Shown: piece after piece, positions 45,398-52,650 of the stretch
Position numbering within the stretch: position 1 is the first letter of the stretch
Layout: each line of letters begins with the position of its first letter
Assembly (NCBI GenBank): GCA_005889475.1
Contig: VBGT01000078.1
Span: 4,147 to 56,796 of the forward strand
Length of the DNA: 52,650 bases
Reading direction: 5' to 3'
Origin: Chloroflexota bacterium
Lineage (GTDB): Bacteria; Chloroflexota; Limnocylindria; Limnocylindrales; CSP1-4
Notes under the pieces: model-generated
What the model was told of the DNA's origin: nothing
The model's database searches: none
The model's input: the letters and a program-made list of their open reading frames with translations, nothing else
Program-made: the position numbers and the translations under genes

Positions 45398-47059
45398 GTG
45401 CCACCGGCCGACTCGCTCTCGCGCCGCCCGGTGACGTCCAGCCCCATCCTGCGCGGCATCGCCACGGCCGTGATCGCCGCCCTGCTCGTCGGGTGCGAGA
45501 ATCCGAGCCCGACGGCCACGCCGGGCCCAGCCGCCTCGACCCCGGTCACCCACCCGCCGACGACCGGCCCGTCACCGACCACCGAACCGAGCCCAACGGG
45601 CGCCGCGGCCACCACGTTCTCCCTCGCCGTGGTGACGGGCCTGACGAGCCTCAAGGCCAACATCAGCCTCGACGACCTCGTGACGCTCGCGGGGAGCGGC
45701 CGCCTCCTCGTCCCGTGCGGCGTCGCGGTCGACCAACCGGCCATCTCGCCCACGAGGCCCTGCGTTCCCGCCGACCAGATCGTGGCGGGGCTCAAGACCG
45801 ACCAGAAGCTCGTGGCGCTGTTCCCGCCGGGGCTCGTGGAGCCGGCGACGAAGGTCCTCCCGATCGCCGGCGATGGACCCTACGGCATGTTCGGGGCGGA
45901 CCTGTTCGGGGATCCCCATTCGCGCTCCCTGCCCTATCCGATCACCGGTCGAGCGACGGGCGACGTCGCCCTCGACCCCTCGTGGACCGCCTTCGACCAG
46001 TCGCAGGTCTGGACGATGACCGCGCTCGGGAGCCTGTGCGCCGACCGCTCGGGGGCGCGCCAGGCCATCACGCTCGGGAAGGGCTGGGACTGGGTCTTCG
46101 ACGGCGGGACGGCGCGGTACAAGAGCAAGCCCTTCCTCAACCCCAATCCGCCTCCGGGCATCATCAGCCAGCCCATCGTCCGGCCGATCGATACCGGCAA
46201 CGACGGCGCTACCTCGAGCCTGATTCGGCGGGCCGACGTCACGCTGGGGAACCTCAAGTGCCCGATCCTTCCGACGAAGGACTGGGCCCCGAACCGAACC
46301 GCGGCGCCGAGCCTGGCGGTCCCGGAGGCTGTCCTGTCGCGCTGGAAGGACTTCCTCGGGATCGATGCGGTCTACCTCCCGGCCGACCACCAGAGCGATC
46401 GGGGCGTTCGAGGGATCCGCTCCACGCTCGGGCTCCTCGCAAAGCACGGGTTCCCGCACACCGGGCTGGGCATGGACCTCGACGAGGCGCTCGAACCGGC
46501 GTACGTCGAGGTCGCCGGGCTCAAGGTCGCGTTCGTCTCGTGGAACAACGTTCCAGGCCCGAGCCACGCCGGCGCGACGACACCCGGCGTCGCCTGGCTG
46601 AACAAGGCGAACGTCGACGCCGCGGTCGGGCGGGCGAAGACGGCTGGCGCCGACCTCGTGATCTGCGATCCCCAGTGGTGGGGCCCGGACGAGTACCTGC
46701 CCGTTCTCTCGGCCCGGCAGCAGCGGGCGGTTGGTTGGATGGACGCGGCCGGCTGCGATCAGGTCCTCGGTGGCGGCCTCCACGTGTCAGGCGGGGTCTA
46801 CCTTCGATCAGGGGCGAAGGGGGTCAGCCTCGTCGACCCGGGTCCGGGCAACTTCCAGTACGGTCAGGACTGGGCGCAGGAGACGCAGGAGGGCGTCGTC
46901 GTCGAGCTCACGTTCCGCGGCACGACGCTGGTGAACGTGCGGCTGCACCCGTACGTGATGATCCTCGCCGCGCGGGCAGCTCTGCTCGACCCCGAGGGCG
47001 ACGGCCACTACGTCCTCAACCGCATCTGGAAGACGTCGGAGCTCGACTACCGACCCTGA
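45398..47059 (+). CDS. CapA/PgsA-like lipoprotein with degenerate metal-binding motifs
   Basis: Lipobox LVGC; ADVTLGNLK, HTGLG.DLDEA..P, GLKVAF, GNFQY. Confidence 0.7.
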   Translation: MPPADSLSRRPVTSSPILRGIATAVIAALLVGCENPSPTATPGPAASTPVTHPPTTGPSPTTEPSPTGAAATTFSLAVVTGLTSLKANISLDDLVTLAGSGRLLVPCGVAVDQPAISPTRPCVPADQIVAGLKTDQKLVALFPPGLVEPATKVLPIAGDGPYGMFGADLFGDPHSRSLPYPITGRATGDVALDPSWTAFDQSQVWTMTALGSLCADRSGARQAITLGKGWDWVFDGGTARYKSKPFLNPNPPPGIISQPIVRPIDTGNDGATSSLIRRADVTLGNLKCPILPTKDWAPNRTAAPSLAVPEAVLSRWKDFLGIDAVYLPADHQSDRGVRGIRSTLGLLAKHGFPHTGLGMDLDEALEPAYVEVAGLKVAFVSWNNVPGPSHAGATTPGVAWLNKANVDAAVGRAKTAGADLVICDPQWWGPDEYLPVLSARQQRAVGWMDAAGCDQVLGGGLHVSGGVYLRSGAKGVSLVDPGPGNFQYGQDWAQETQEGVVVELTFRGTTLVNVRLHPYVMILAARAALLDPEGDGHYVLNRIWKTSELDYRP

Positions 47060-47069
47060 CCCGGGATGG

Positions 47070-47120
47070 TCGCTTCAGTTCCGAGCGTCGGCCTCCGACC
47101 TGACCGGTACGCTGAAGCGA
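47070..47120. terminator. Hairpin between convergent genes, at the edge of the lower-GC cluster
   Basis: TCGCTTCAG...CTGAAGCGA with an inner GTCGG/CCGAC stem. Confidence 0.4.
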
Positions 47121-47145
47121 TATCGACATGAACCGTCATGCTCCG

Positions 47146-48387
47146 TCACCTTGCCTCAGCCGCCGCACTCTCGGCGGACGGGTCGAGTGGCGCAGGCGCA
47201 GCCGTCGCGACCTGATCGGCCCGGGAACCCTCGAGGAACAGGACGGAGGTGAGGGCAAAGACTGCCGCGATGCGAGCAAGCTCCTGAACCGAGAGCCGCT
47301 CATGGTCGGAGTGGGCGCTCGCATAGTCGCATCCGTAGTAGACGGCAGGAACGCCCGCGCGCAGGACGAAGTCGACGGCGTTGCCGCTCGCCCCGCTCGC
47401 CCCTGGAACCATCGCCTGGCCCGTCATCTCGAAGTGGGCCTCGCGCAAAGCGGTCGCAATAGACACATTCGGGTCGATCTCATATGCCTCGAACATGTCC
47501 TGGATCTGCGCTTCCACCGTCGCACCGGTCGTCCGCTCGACGTCCGCCGCAATCGCGAGCAGTTCGTCGCGAACCTGCTCGAGCGATCCGTCCGCCTCGT
47601 GGCGTCGTGTCCCGGCGATGACGCAGCTCGTGGGGATCCGGTTGTAGTAATCGCCTGAGACGAACTTTCCGATGTAGAGGGCCCCGCGCGGGGCCACTGA
47701 TCCCCCATCGAGGCCGGACGCCAGGGCTCTGAGGCGATCGACCAGCTGCAGCCCGACCGTGAGCGGGTTGATCACCTCAGAAGGCGCATTGGTCTCGTGA
47801 ATCGAGTCATCGCTGCCCGCGATCTTGAACTCCCAGAACGTGAGGCCGCGGCTGCTGGTGATGAGCTGATCGCCGCTTCCGAGCTCGCCGATGAGCACTG
47901 CATCACCCACGAAACCGCGTTCGATCAGGCGGACCAGGGGCACGCTGCGCCCCTCCTCGTGCATGCCGTGATAGGTGATGAGGATCTGGCCTTGCTGAGG
48001 CAAATCAGCGGCTCGGAGCAGGCGGATGCTCTCGACCATCGCGGCGATCGCGCCCTTCATGTCGGCCGCGCCGCGACCATAGATCAGGTCGCCTTCTCGC
48101 CGTACCGGTGCGTGCGGCGTGGAGATCGCGTCGAGATGGGCATGCCACTGGATCGTCGGACCCGGAGAGGGGCCGCGAAGCCAGCCAATCACGCTCGGCG
48201 AGCCGTCGAACTCCTCATCGAGGACGACGTCCTGCGCGCCCGCCTCCATGAGCGATGCCCGGACTAGCTGGGCGAACTCGGCTTCCCCGCCCGGTGGACT
48301 CCAGACCTCAAGAAAACGGGTCGCTCGCTCCGCGATCTGTTCTGCGTCGATCGCGCGGCACGCCTCGCGCAGCGTCGCCAGGGTCAC
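47146..48387 (-). CDS. M20/ArgE-DapE-family metallo-deacylase
   Basis: AHLD, GRGAADMKG, HEE, IGE, AHSDHE. Confidence 0.85.
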   Translation of the reverse strand: MTLATLREACRAIDAEQIAERATRFLEVWSPPGGEAEFAQLVRASLMEAGAQDVVLDEEFDGSPSVIGWLRGPSPGPTIQWHAHLDAISTPHAPVRREGDLIYGRGAADMKGAIAAMVESIRLLRAADLPQQGQILITYHGMHEEGRSVPLVRLIERGFVGDAVLIGELGSGDQLITSSRGLTFWEFKIAGSDDSIHETNAPSEVINPLTVGLQLVDRLRALASGLDGGSVAPRGALYIGKFVSGDYYNRIPTSCVIAGTRRHEADGSLEQVRDELLAIAADVERTTGATVEAQIQDMFEAYEIDPNVSIATALREAHFEMTGQAMVPGASGASGNAVDFVLRAGVPAVYYGCDYASAHSDHERLSVQELARIAAVFALTSVLFLEGSRADQVATAAPAPLDPSAESAAAEAR

Positions 48388-49382
48388 GTGTGTCCCTCGC
48401 CGGCCAGCGCTCCCATGTGCATGACCTCGGGATTGACGAGCGAGCGCGGCGGCTTTCCGTGATCGTATCTCAGGACCTCGTCCGCGACGGAGCTCCCCAG
48501 GTCACTCAGTGCCTCGCGTGAGTACCACGCCACGTGTGGCGTAACCAGCACGTTCCGTCGATCAAGGAGTCGGCGGGCTGCCACCGGTTCCGGCTCACCC
48601 TCAACGACGTCAAGGCCGGCCGCGGCCACAACCCCAGCGTCGAGCGCTCGCTCGAGCGCCCCGAGGTCGATCAGTGGGCCGCGGCTCGTATTCACGATCA
48701 CGACACCCGGGCGCATCCGGCTGAATGCGACGTCGTTCAATAGGCCGATCGTGGACGGCGTCAGTGGGCAGTGAAGGCTGATGATGTCGCTCCGGCGCAT
48801 GAGGTCGTCGAGCTCGACTGCCTCGACGCCCATGGTCGACAGGCGCCGGGGGTCGAGTCGTGGGGCTGCCGCGATCACCTTGAGGTCGAAGGATCTCGCG
48901 CGACGCGCGACTTCGGAGGCCACTCGACCGAATCCGACGAGCCCGAGCGTGCGGCCGCGAAGCCGGTGGACGTCGGGGTAGTCGAGCTTCTCCCATCGCC
49001 CGTCCAGCTCCCAGCTCAGGGCGAATTGGCGGACCCGGCGTACGGCCGCGAGAAGCAGCAGGAGCGTGTGATCGGCGACTTCGTCAACGCAATAATCGGG
49101 CACGTTGGCGATGCGGATGCCCCGCTCAGTCGCGGCCGCAACATCGATGATGTCGAAGCCGGTGCCGCATCGGACCAGGAGGCGCACCGCAGGCAACCGC
49201 TCGATGACCTGGCGATTGAGCGGGCGGATACCGACGAGGAGGACGTCGGCGTTGCGCGCTCCTTCAGCCAGCGCACGATCATCGAGACCGGCAGGAAGCA
49301 CGTCGACCAGGATTCCGGCCCGTCCCAGAGCCTCGACACCCGGCATGACCAGATCCCAGGGGTCGGTTGCAACGACTCTCAG
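48384..49382 (-). CDS. D-2-hydroxyacid dehydrogenase (CtBP/PGDH-like)
   Basis: NVPDYCVDEVADH, GFGRVA, SLHCPL, NTSRG, DV.E.EP, TPHVAW; start placed at CTG (MRVVATD). Confidence 0.85.
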   Translation of the reverse strand: MRVVATDPWDLVMPGVEALGRAGILVDVLPAGLDDRALAEGARNADVLLVGIRPLNRQVIERLPAVRLLVRCGTGFDIIDVAAATERGIRIANVPDYCVDEVADHTLLLLLAAVRRVRQFALSWELDGRWEKLDYPDVHRLRGRTLGLVGFGRVASEVARRARSFDLKVIAAAPRLDPRRLSTMGVEAVELDDLMRRSDIISLHCPLTPSTIGLLNDVAFSRMRPGVVIVNTSRGPLIDLGALERALDAGVVAAAGLDVVEGEPEPVAARRLLDRRNVLVTPHVAWYSREALSDLGSSVADEVLRYDHGKPPRSLVNPEVMHMGALAGEGHT

Positions 49383-49400
49383 GGCCCATCCCTCCCAGGA

Positions 49401-49420
49401 TTGTTGGATTGTGAGACAAT
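49401..49420. promoter_or_regulatory. Putative GntR operator
   Basis: ATTGT-GAG-ACAAT palindrome plus an extra TTGT half-site in the divergent intergenic region. Confidence 0.55.
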
Positions 49421-49475
49421 ACGGGCCGCGCCATCTCCGCGTCAACTCGTAGCGACCTGCTGGTATCTTGTCATC

Positions 49476-50174
49476 ATGTCCGACAATCCCGCCCTCGATG
49501 TGACCCCGTCCGAGATGCCGCGCCAGCCACGCGCGACCCTCGAGCGCGTCACCACGACCGAGGCACTCGTGCGCGCCCTGACGCGCCAGATCCTGGACGG
49601 GGCGATCAGCGGGGGCGATCACCTTCGCGAGGTGGACCTTGCGGACGAAATGGGTGTGAGCCGGCAATCACTTCGGACAGCCCTCATCGAGCTCGTCCAC
49701 ATGGGCTTGTTGCGCCGCGAGGCGCACCGCGGCGTCTGGGTGCCTCGCCTCACGCGAGGGGACATCGAGGACCTCTACGACATCCGCACGGTCATCGAGA
49801 GCGCGGCGATCCGTCGCCTGACAAAGCATCCGGAGCGCTGGCACGAGGTAGAAGATGCGATCGACGCGCTCGCCCGCCTCGATTCGGCCGCAGGCTGGGG
49901 AGCCATCGTGGAAGCGGACTTCGCGGTGCATCGAGCGCTCGTGGCGACGGCGCGCAGTCCGCGCCTGTCGCACGCGCACGAGATGCTGTGTGCGGAGACT
50001 CGCCTGAGCCTCGTCCGCGCCCAACATTTCTGGACTGCCGAATACCTGGCCGCCGAGCATCGAGACCTGTTCCAGGTGATCGCGAGCGGCGACGAGGATG
50101 CCGCCGACCAGCGGCTCCACGAGCATTTGCGCATTGGGCTCGACCAGATTCTGGCGGACCTTTCGGCGTCCTGA
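49476..50174 (+). CDS. GntR-family (FCD) transcriptional regulator
   Basis: LREVDLADEMGVSRQSLRTAL HTH; DFAVH and EH..L FCD histidines. Confidence 0.9.
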   Translation: MSDNPALDVTPSEMPRQPRATLERVTTTEALVRALTRQILDGAISGGDHLREVDLADEMGVSRQSLRTALIELVHMGLLRREAHRGVWVPRLTRGDIEDLYDIRTVIESAAIRRLTKHPERWHEVEDAIDALARLDSAAGWGAIVEADFAVHRALVATARSPRLSHAHEMLCAETRLSLVRAQHFWTAEYLAAEHRDLFQVIASGDEDAADQRLHEHLRIGLDQILADLSAS

Positions 50175-50190
50175 CCACTTGACGGACAAG

Positions 50191-50219
50191 TTGACAATCG
50201 GGCACCTCCGCCCAATACT
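50191..50219 (+). promoter_or_regulatory. Sigma70-type promoter of the ehu operon
   Basis: TTGACA-N17-AATACT; GACAA repeats overlap the -35. Confidence 0.65.
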
Positions 50220-50255
50220 CCGCCAACCGACCAGGAACTGAGGAGGAGGTCACCC

Positions 50256-51179
50256 ATGGGACGGGGTCTGCTACATCGTGGGTTTCTGAAGCAAGGTCTG
50301 GGACTTGGCCTCCTCGCAACGATCGCGCTGGGCGCCTGCTCGCCGAGCGGCGCTCCGAGTGCCGGCACCTCAGGCGCTCCCGCCGGTCAGGGCGCACTCG
50401 CCCGGATCACGGCTGACAAGGTCGTCCGAGTCGGCTTTGCCAATGAGGCCCCCTACGGGTTTGCCTCACCGGAAGGCAAGCTCACGGGTGAGGCACCGGA
50501 AGTCCTGCGAGCCTATTTCAAGTCAATCGGCGTCGAAACCCTCGAAGGCGTCCTGACCGACTTCGGGTCACTGATCCCGGGCCTCCAGGCCAATCGCTTC
50601 GATGTCGTGGGTGCCGGGATGTTCATCCGACCGGCTCGCTGCGAGCAGATTGCCTTTGGCGACCCCGACTACCGGATCGGCGAGGCGTTTGCGGTCAAGA
50701 AGGGCAATCCGCTGAACCTCCACACCCTGAAGGACGTGGCGGCCAGCTCGACCGCGAAATTCGGATCCTTTACCGGGACCGTGGAATTTGAATACGCGGA
50801 CACAGCGGGCGTCCCGAAGGACCGTCAGGTGGTCTTCCCCGACGGACCCACATTGATGGCCGGGCTGCAGGCCGGTCGAATCGATGTCGCGATGCTCACC
50901 ACGCTCTCGATCCGCGACCTGCTGCAGAAGACGGCAGACCCCAACCTCGAGTACGTCGCGCTGGACGAACAGCCAGTTGGCAAGGATGGCAAGCCTGCCA
51001 TCGGCTACGGAGCGATGGGCTTCCGCAAGGAGGACAACGACCTGCGCGACTCCTACAACGCCTGGCTCGCGAAGGTCAAGGCAAGTGGCGAGCTGGCGAC
51101 GATCATCAAGCCCTTCGGCTTCACAGCGGAGGACGTTGCACCAGCCGATGTGAAAGCGGCAACGGCCTGCGCGGGGTAG
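50256..51179 (+). CDS. ehuB: Ectoine/hydroxyectoine ABC transporter substrate-binding lipoprotein
   Basis: GFANEAPYG, GEAPEV, FGSLIPGL..RFD..AGMFI.P.RC, GFRKED; lipobox LGAC. Confidence 0.85.
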   Translation: MGRGLLHRGFLKQGLGLGLLATIALGACSPSGAPSAGTSGAPAGQGALARITADKVVRVGFANEAPYGFASPEGKLTGEAPEVLRAYFKSIGVETLEGVLTDFGSLIPGLQANRFDVVGAGMFIRPARCEQIAFGDPDYRIGEAFAVKKGNPLNLHTLKDVAASSTAKFGSFTGTVEFEYADTAGVPKDRQVVFPDGPTLMAGLQAGRIDVAMLTTLSIRDLLQKTADPNLEYVALDEQPVGKDGKPAIGYGAMGFRKEDNDLRDSYNAWLAKVKASGELATIIKPFGFTAEDVAPADVKAATACAG

Positions 51180-51241
51180 CCGCGTACCGCTAGCCACAAG
51201 GATCGGCCGCAAGGATCGGACGCGAATGACGGGCCGGGCTC

Positions 51242-51898
51242 GTGCCGTTTGACCTCCTTCCGCCGCTGCTCGGCGGCGCAGTCGTCACGCTGGCCCTGAC
51301 GTTCACGAGCGCCGGCCTGGCCCTGATCCTCGCCCTGGGAGCCGGCCTCGGCCGGCTCTCCAGGTGGCGAGCCGTGCGGACAGTTGCGGCCGTCTATGTC
51401 GAGGTCTTCCGCGGTTCGTCGCTCCTCGTGCAGCTCTTCTACTTCTTCTTCGTTCTGCCGCTGATCGGCGTCCGGCTGCCACCCTTCGCGACCGGCGTCC
51501 TTGCCCTCAGCCTGAATATCGGGGCATACGGCTCCGAAATCGTGCGCGCCGCGGTCCAGAGCGTCGATCCCGGCCAGCGCGAGGCAGCGATTGCGCTGAA
51601 CATGCCGACGGGCCTGGCGCTCCGGCGGATCATCCTGCCCCAGGCATTCGTGGCGATGCTGCCTCCATTCGGCAACTTGCTCGTCGAGCTCCTCAAGTCC
51701 ACGTCGCTCGTGTCGCTCATCACGCTGACCGAGCTCAGCTTCGCCGGGCGCCAGCTCGTTCAGCAGCAGGGCCGTGTGAGCGAGGTCTATCTGCTCGTCC
51801 TGCTCCTGTACCTGTTGATGGCCTACCCGCTCACGCGTGGCATGCGATTGGTCGAGCGGTGGATGGCGAGGCGAGTCGGCGTGGGAGCTGGTTCGTGA
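51242..51898 (+). CDS. ehuC: Ectoine ABC transporter permease
   Basis: YVEVFRGSSLLVQLF..FF.LP, GAYGSEIVR, PPFGN...ELLK. Confidence 0.82.
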   Translation: MPFDLLPPLLGGAVVTLALTFTSAGLALILALGAGLGRLSRWRAVRTVAAVYVEVFRGSSLLVQLFYFFFVLPLIGVRLPPFATGVLALSLNIGAYGSEIVRAAVQSVDPGQREAAIALNMPTGLALRRIILPQAFVAMLPPFGNLLVELLKSTSLVSLITLTELSFAGRQLVQQQGRVSEVYLLVLLLYLLMAYPLTRGMRLVERWMARRVGVGAGS

Positions 51899-52587
51899 GA
51901 TTCGATCTGGACTATGCGGCCGAGATCACGCCGCTCCTCCTCCGCGCGACGATCACGACGTTCGAGGCGACCATCGGCGGAATGGCCCTGGGGCTCATCG
52001 TCGGGCTCCTGATCGCCATCGTCCGATTCGCCGCGCCGCCGCCGATCGCTCGGTTGGCCGGGATCTACGTCGAATTCGTCCGCAGCACGCCACTTCTCAT
52101 CCAGCTGTTCTTCCTCTTCTATGTGCTGCCACGCTACGGTGTCTCGACGACCCCGCTGGTGACCGGGATCCTCGCCCTCGGCCTGCACTACAGCTCGTAC
52201 ACCGCGGAGGTGTACCGCGCCGGGATTCGCGGTGTTCCGACCGGGCAGTGGGAAGCGGCCATCGCCCTGAACTTCTCGCCGAGCCGCACGTGGACGCGAA
52301 TCATCCTGCCGCAGGCGATCCCACCGATCATCCCCCCGCTGGGCAACTACCTGGTCGCGATGTTCAAGGACACGCCGCTGCTCGCCACCATCACGGTCAG
52401 CGAGCTCCTCGGGACGGCTCTGAGCGAAGCGGGCAGGACGTATCGCTATTTCGAGCCGCTGACGATCGTCGGGCTCATCTTCCTGCTGCTGAGCTACCCG
52501 TCCGCGATCCTCATCAAGAGACTGGAGCGACGCCTTGCCACCGAACACTGCTCCGTCGCCGGCCGTGGAGCCCGAGTCCAAGGCTGA
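51895..52587 (+). CDS. ehuD: Ectoine ABC transporter permease
   Basis: EFVRSTPLLIQL, GLHYSSYTAEVYRAG, GQWEA, GNYLVAMFKDTP; GTG overlaps the ehuC TGA. Confidence 0.85.
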   Translation: MRFDLDYAAEITPLLLRATITTFEATIGGMALGLIVGLLIAIVRFAAPPPIARLAGIYVEFVRSTPLLIQLFFLFYVLPRYGVSTTPLVTGILALGLHYSSYTAEVYRAGIRGVPTGQWEAAIALNFSPSRTWTRIILPQAIPPIIPPLGNYLVAMFKDTPLLATITVSELLGTALSEAGRTYRYFEPLTIVGLIFLLLSYPSAILIKRLERRLATEHCSVAGRGARVQG

Positions 52588-52650
52588 GTCCAGGGCCGAG
52601 TCCGAATCCGCGCCGATCGTCCGGTTCCGCGCCGTGTCGAAGGCGTTCGG
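52535..52650 (+). CDS. ehuA: ABC transporter ATPase N-terminus (partial, probably EhuA)
   Basis: Frame reads ...APIVRFRAVSKAF(G) up to the window end; TTG start after GGAG. Confidence 0.6.
   Translation, partial: MPPNTAPSPAVEPESKAESRAESESAPIVRFRAVSKAF

Noticed and set aside
47070-47120. Hairpin as an attC site or IS end
   Set aside because: Lacks RYYYAAC/GTTRRRY ends and has no recombinase or partner repeat; better read as a terminator

Overview
High-GC (about 70% by eye) bacterial chromosomal segment, densely coding, with no transposase, integrase, phage or CRISPR signal. Gene content and style suggest a monoderm soil or freshwater bacterium, possibly Chloroflexota (Limnocylindria-like); this is an inference only. 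In order: a partial PHP phosphatase, kbl and tdh (threonine catabolism); a DUF3105 protein; a LacI-controlled maltodextrin ABC locus with two GH13 enzymes; tRNA-Glu; galU; a PknB-like PASTA kinase; several small Cys-rich hypothetical proteins; folC-folP-folB; an mprAB-pepD-like regulator/kinase/HtrA operon; rplY; a LysR gene with an internal deletion, divergent from a small ORF and a haloarchaeal-type isocitrate lyase; a second OmpR-type two-component system with a secreted target; two tiny basic TEKQR peptides; LigC and a PolD2-like primase-polymerase; an ECF42/DGPF pair; a PQQ-dehydrogenase-PKD protein; a VanY-type peptidase; a CapA-like probable pseudo-enzyme; and a lower-GC ectoine-type (ehuBCDA) uptake cluster linked to non-canonical enzymes (M20 deacylase, D-2-hydroxyacid dehydrogenase, FCD-type GntR). 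The best candidates for undescribed biology are this ectoine-type cluster, the TEKQR peptide/LigC module, the ICL locus with its metal-motif leader ORF, and pervasive leaderless genes. All calls come from motif recognition by eye; no searches were run.
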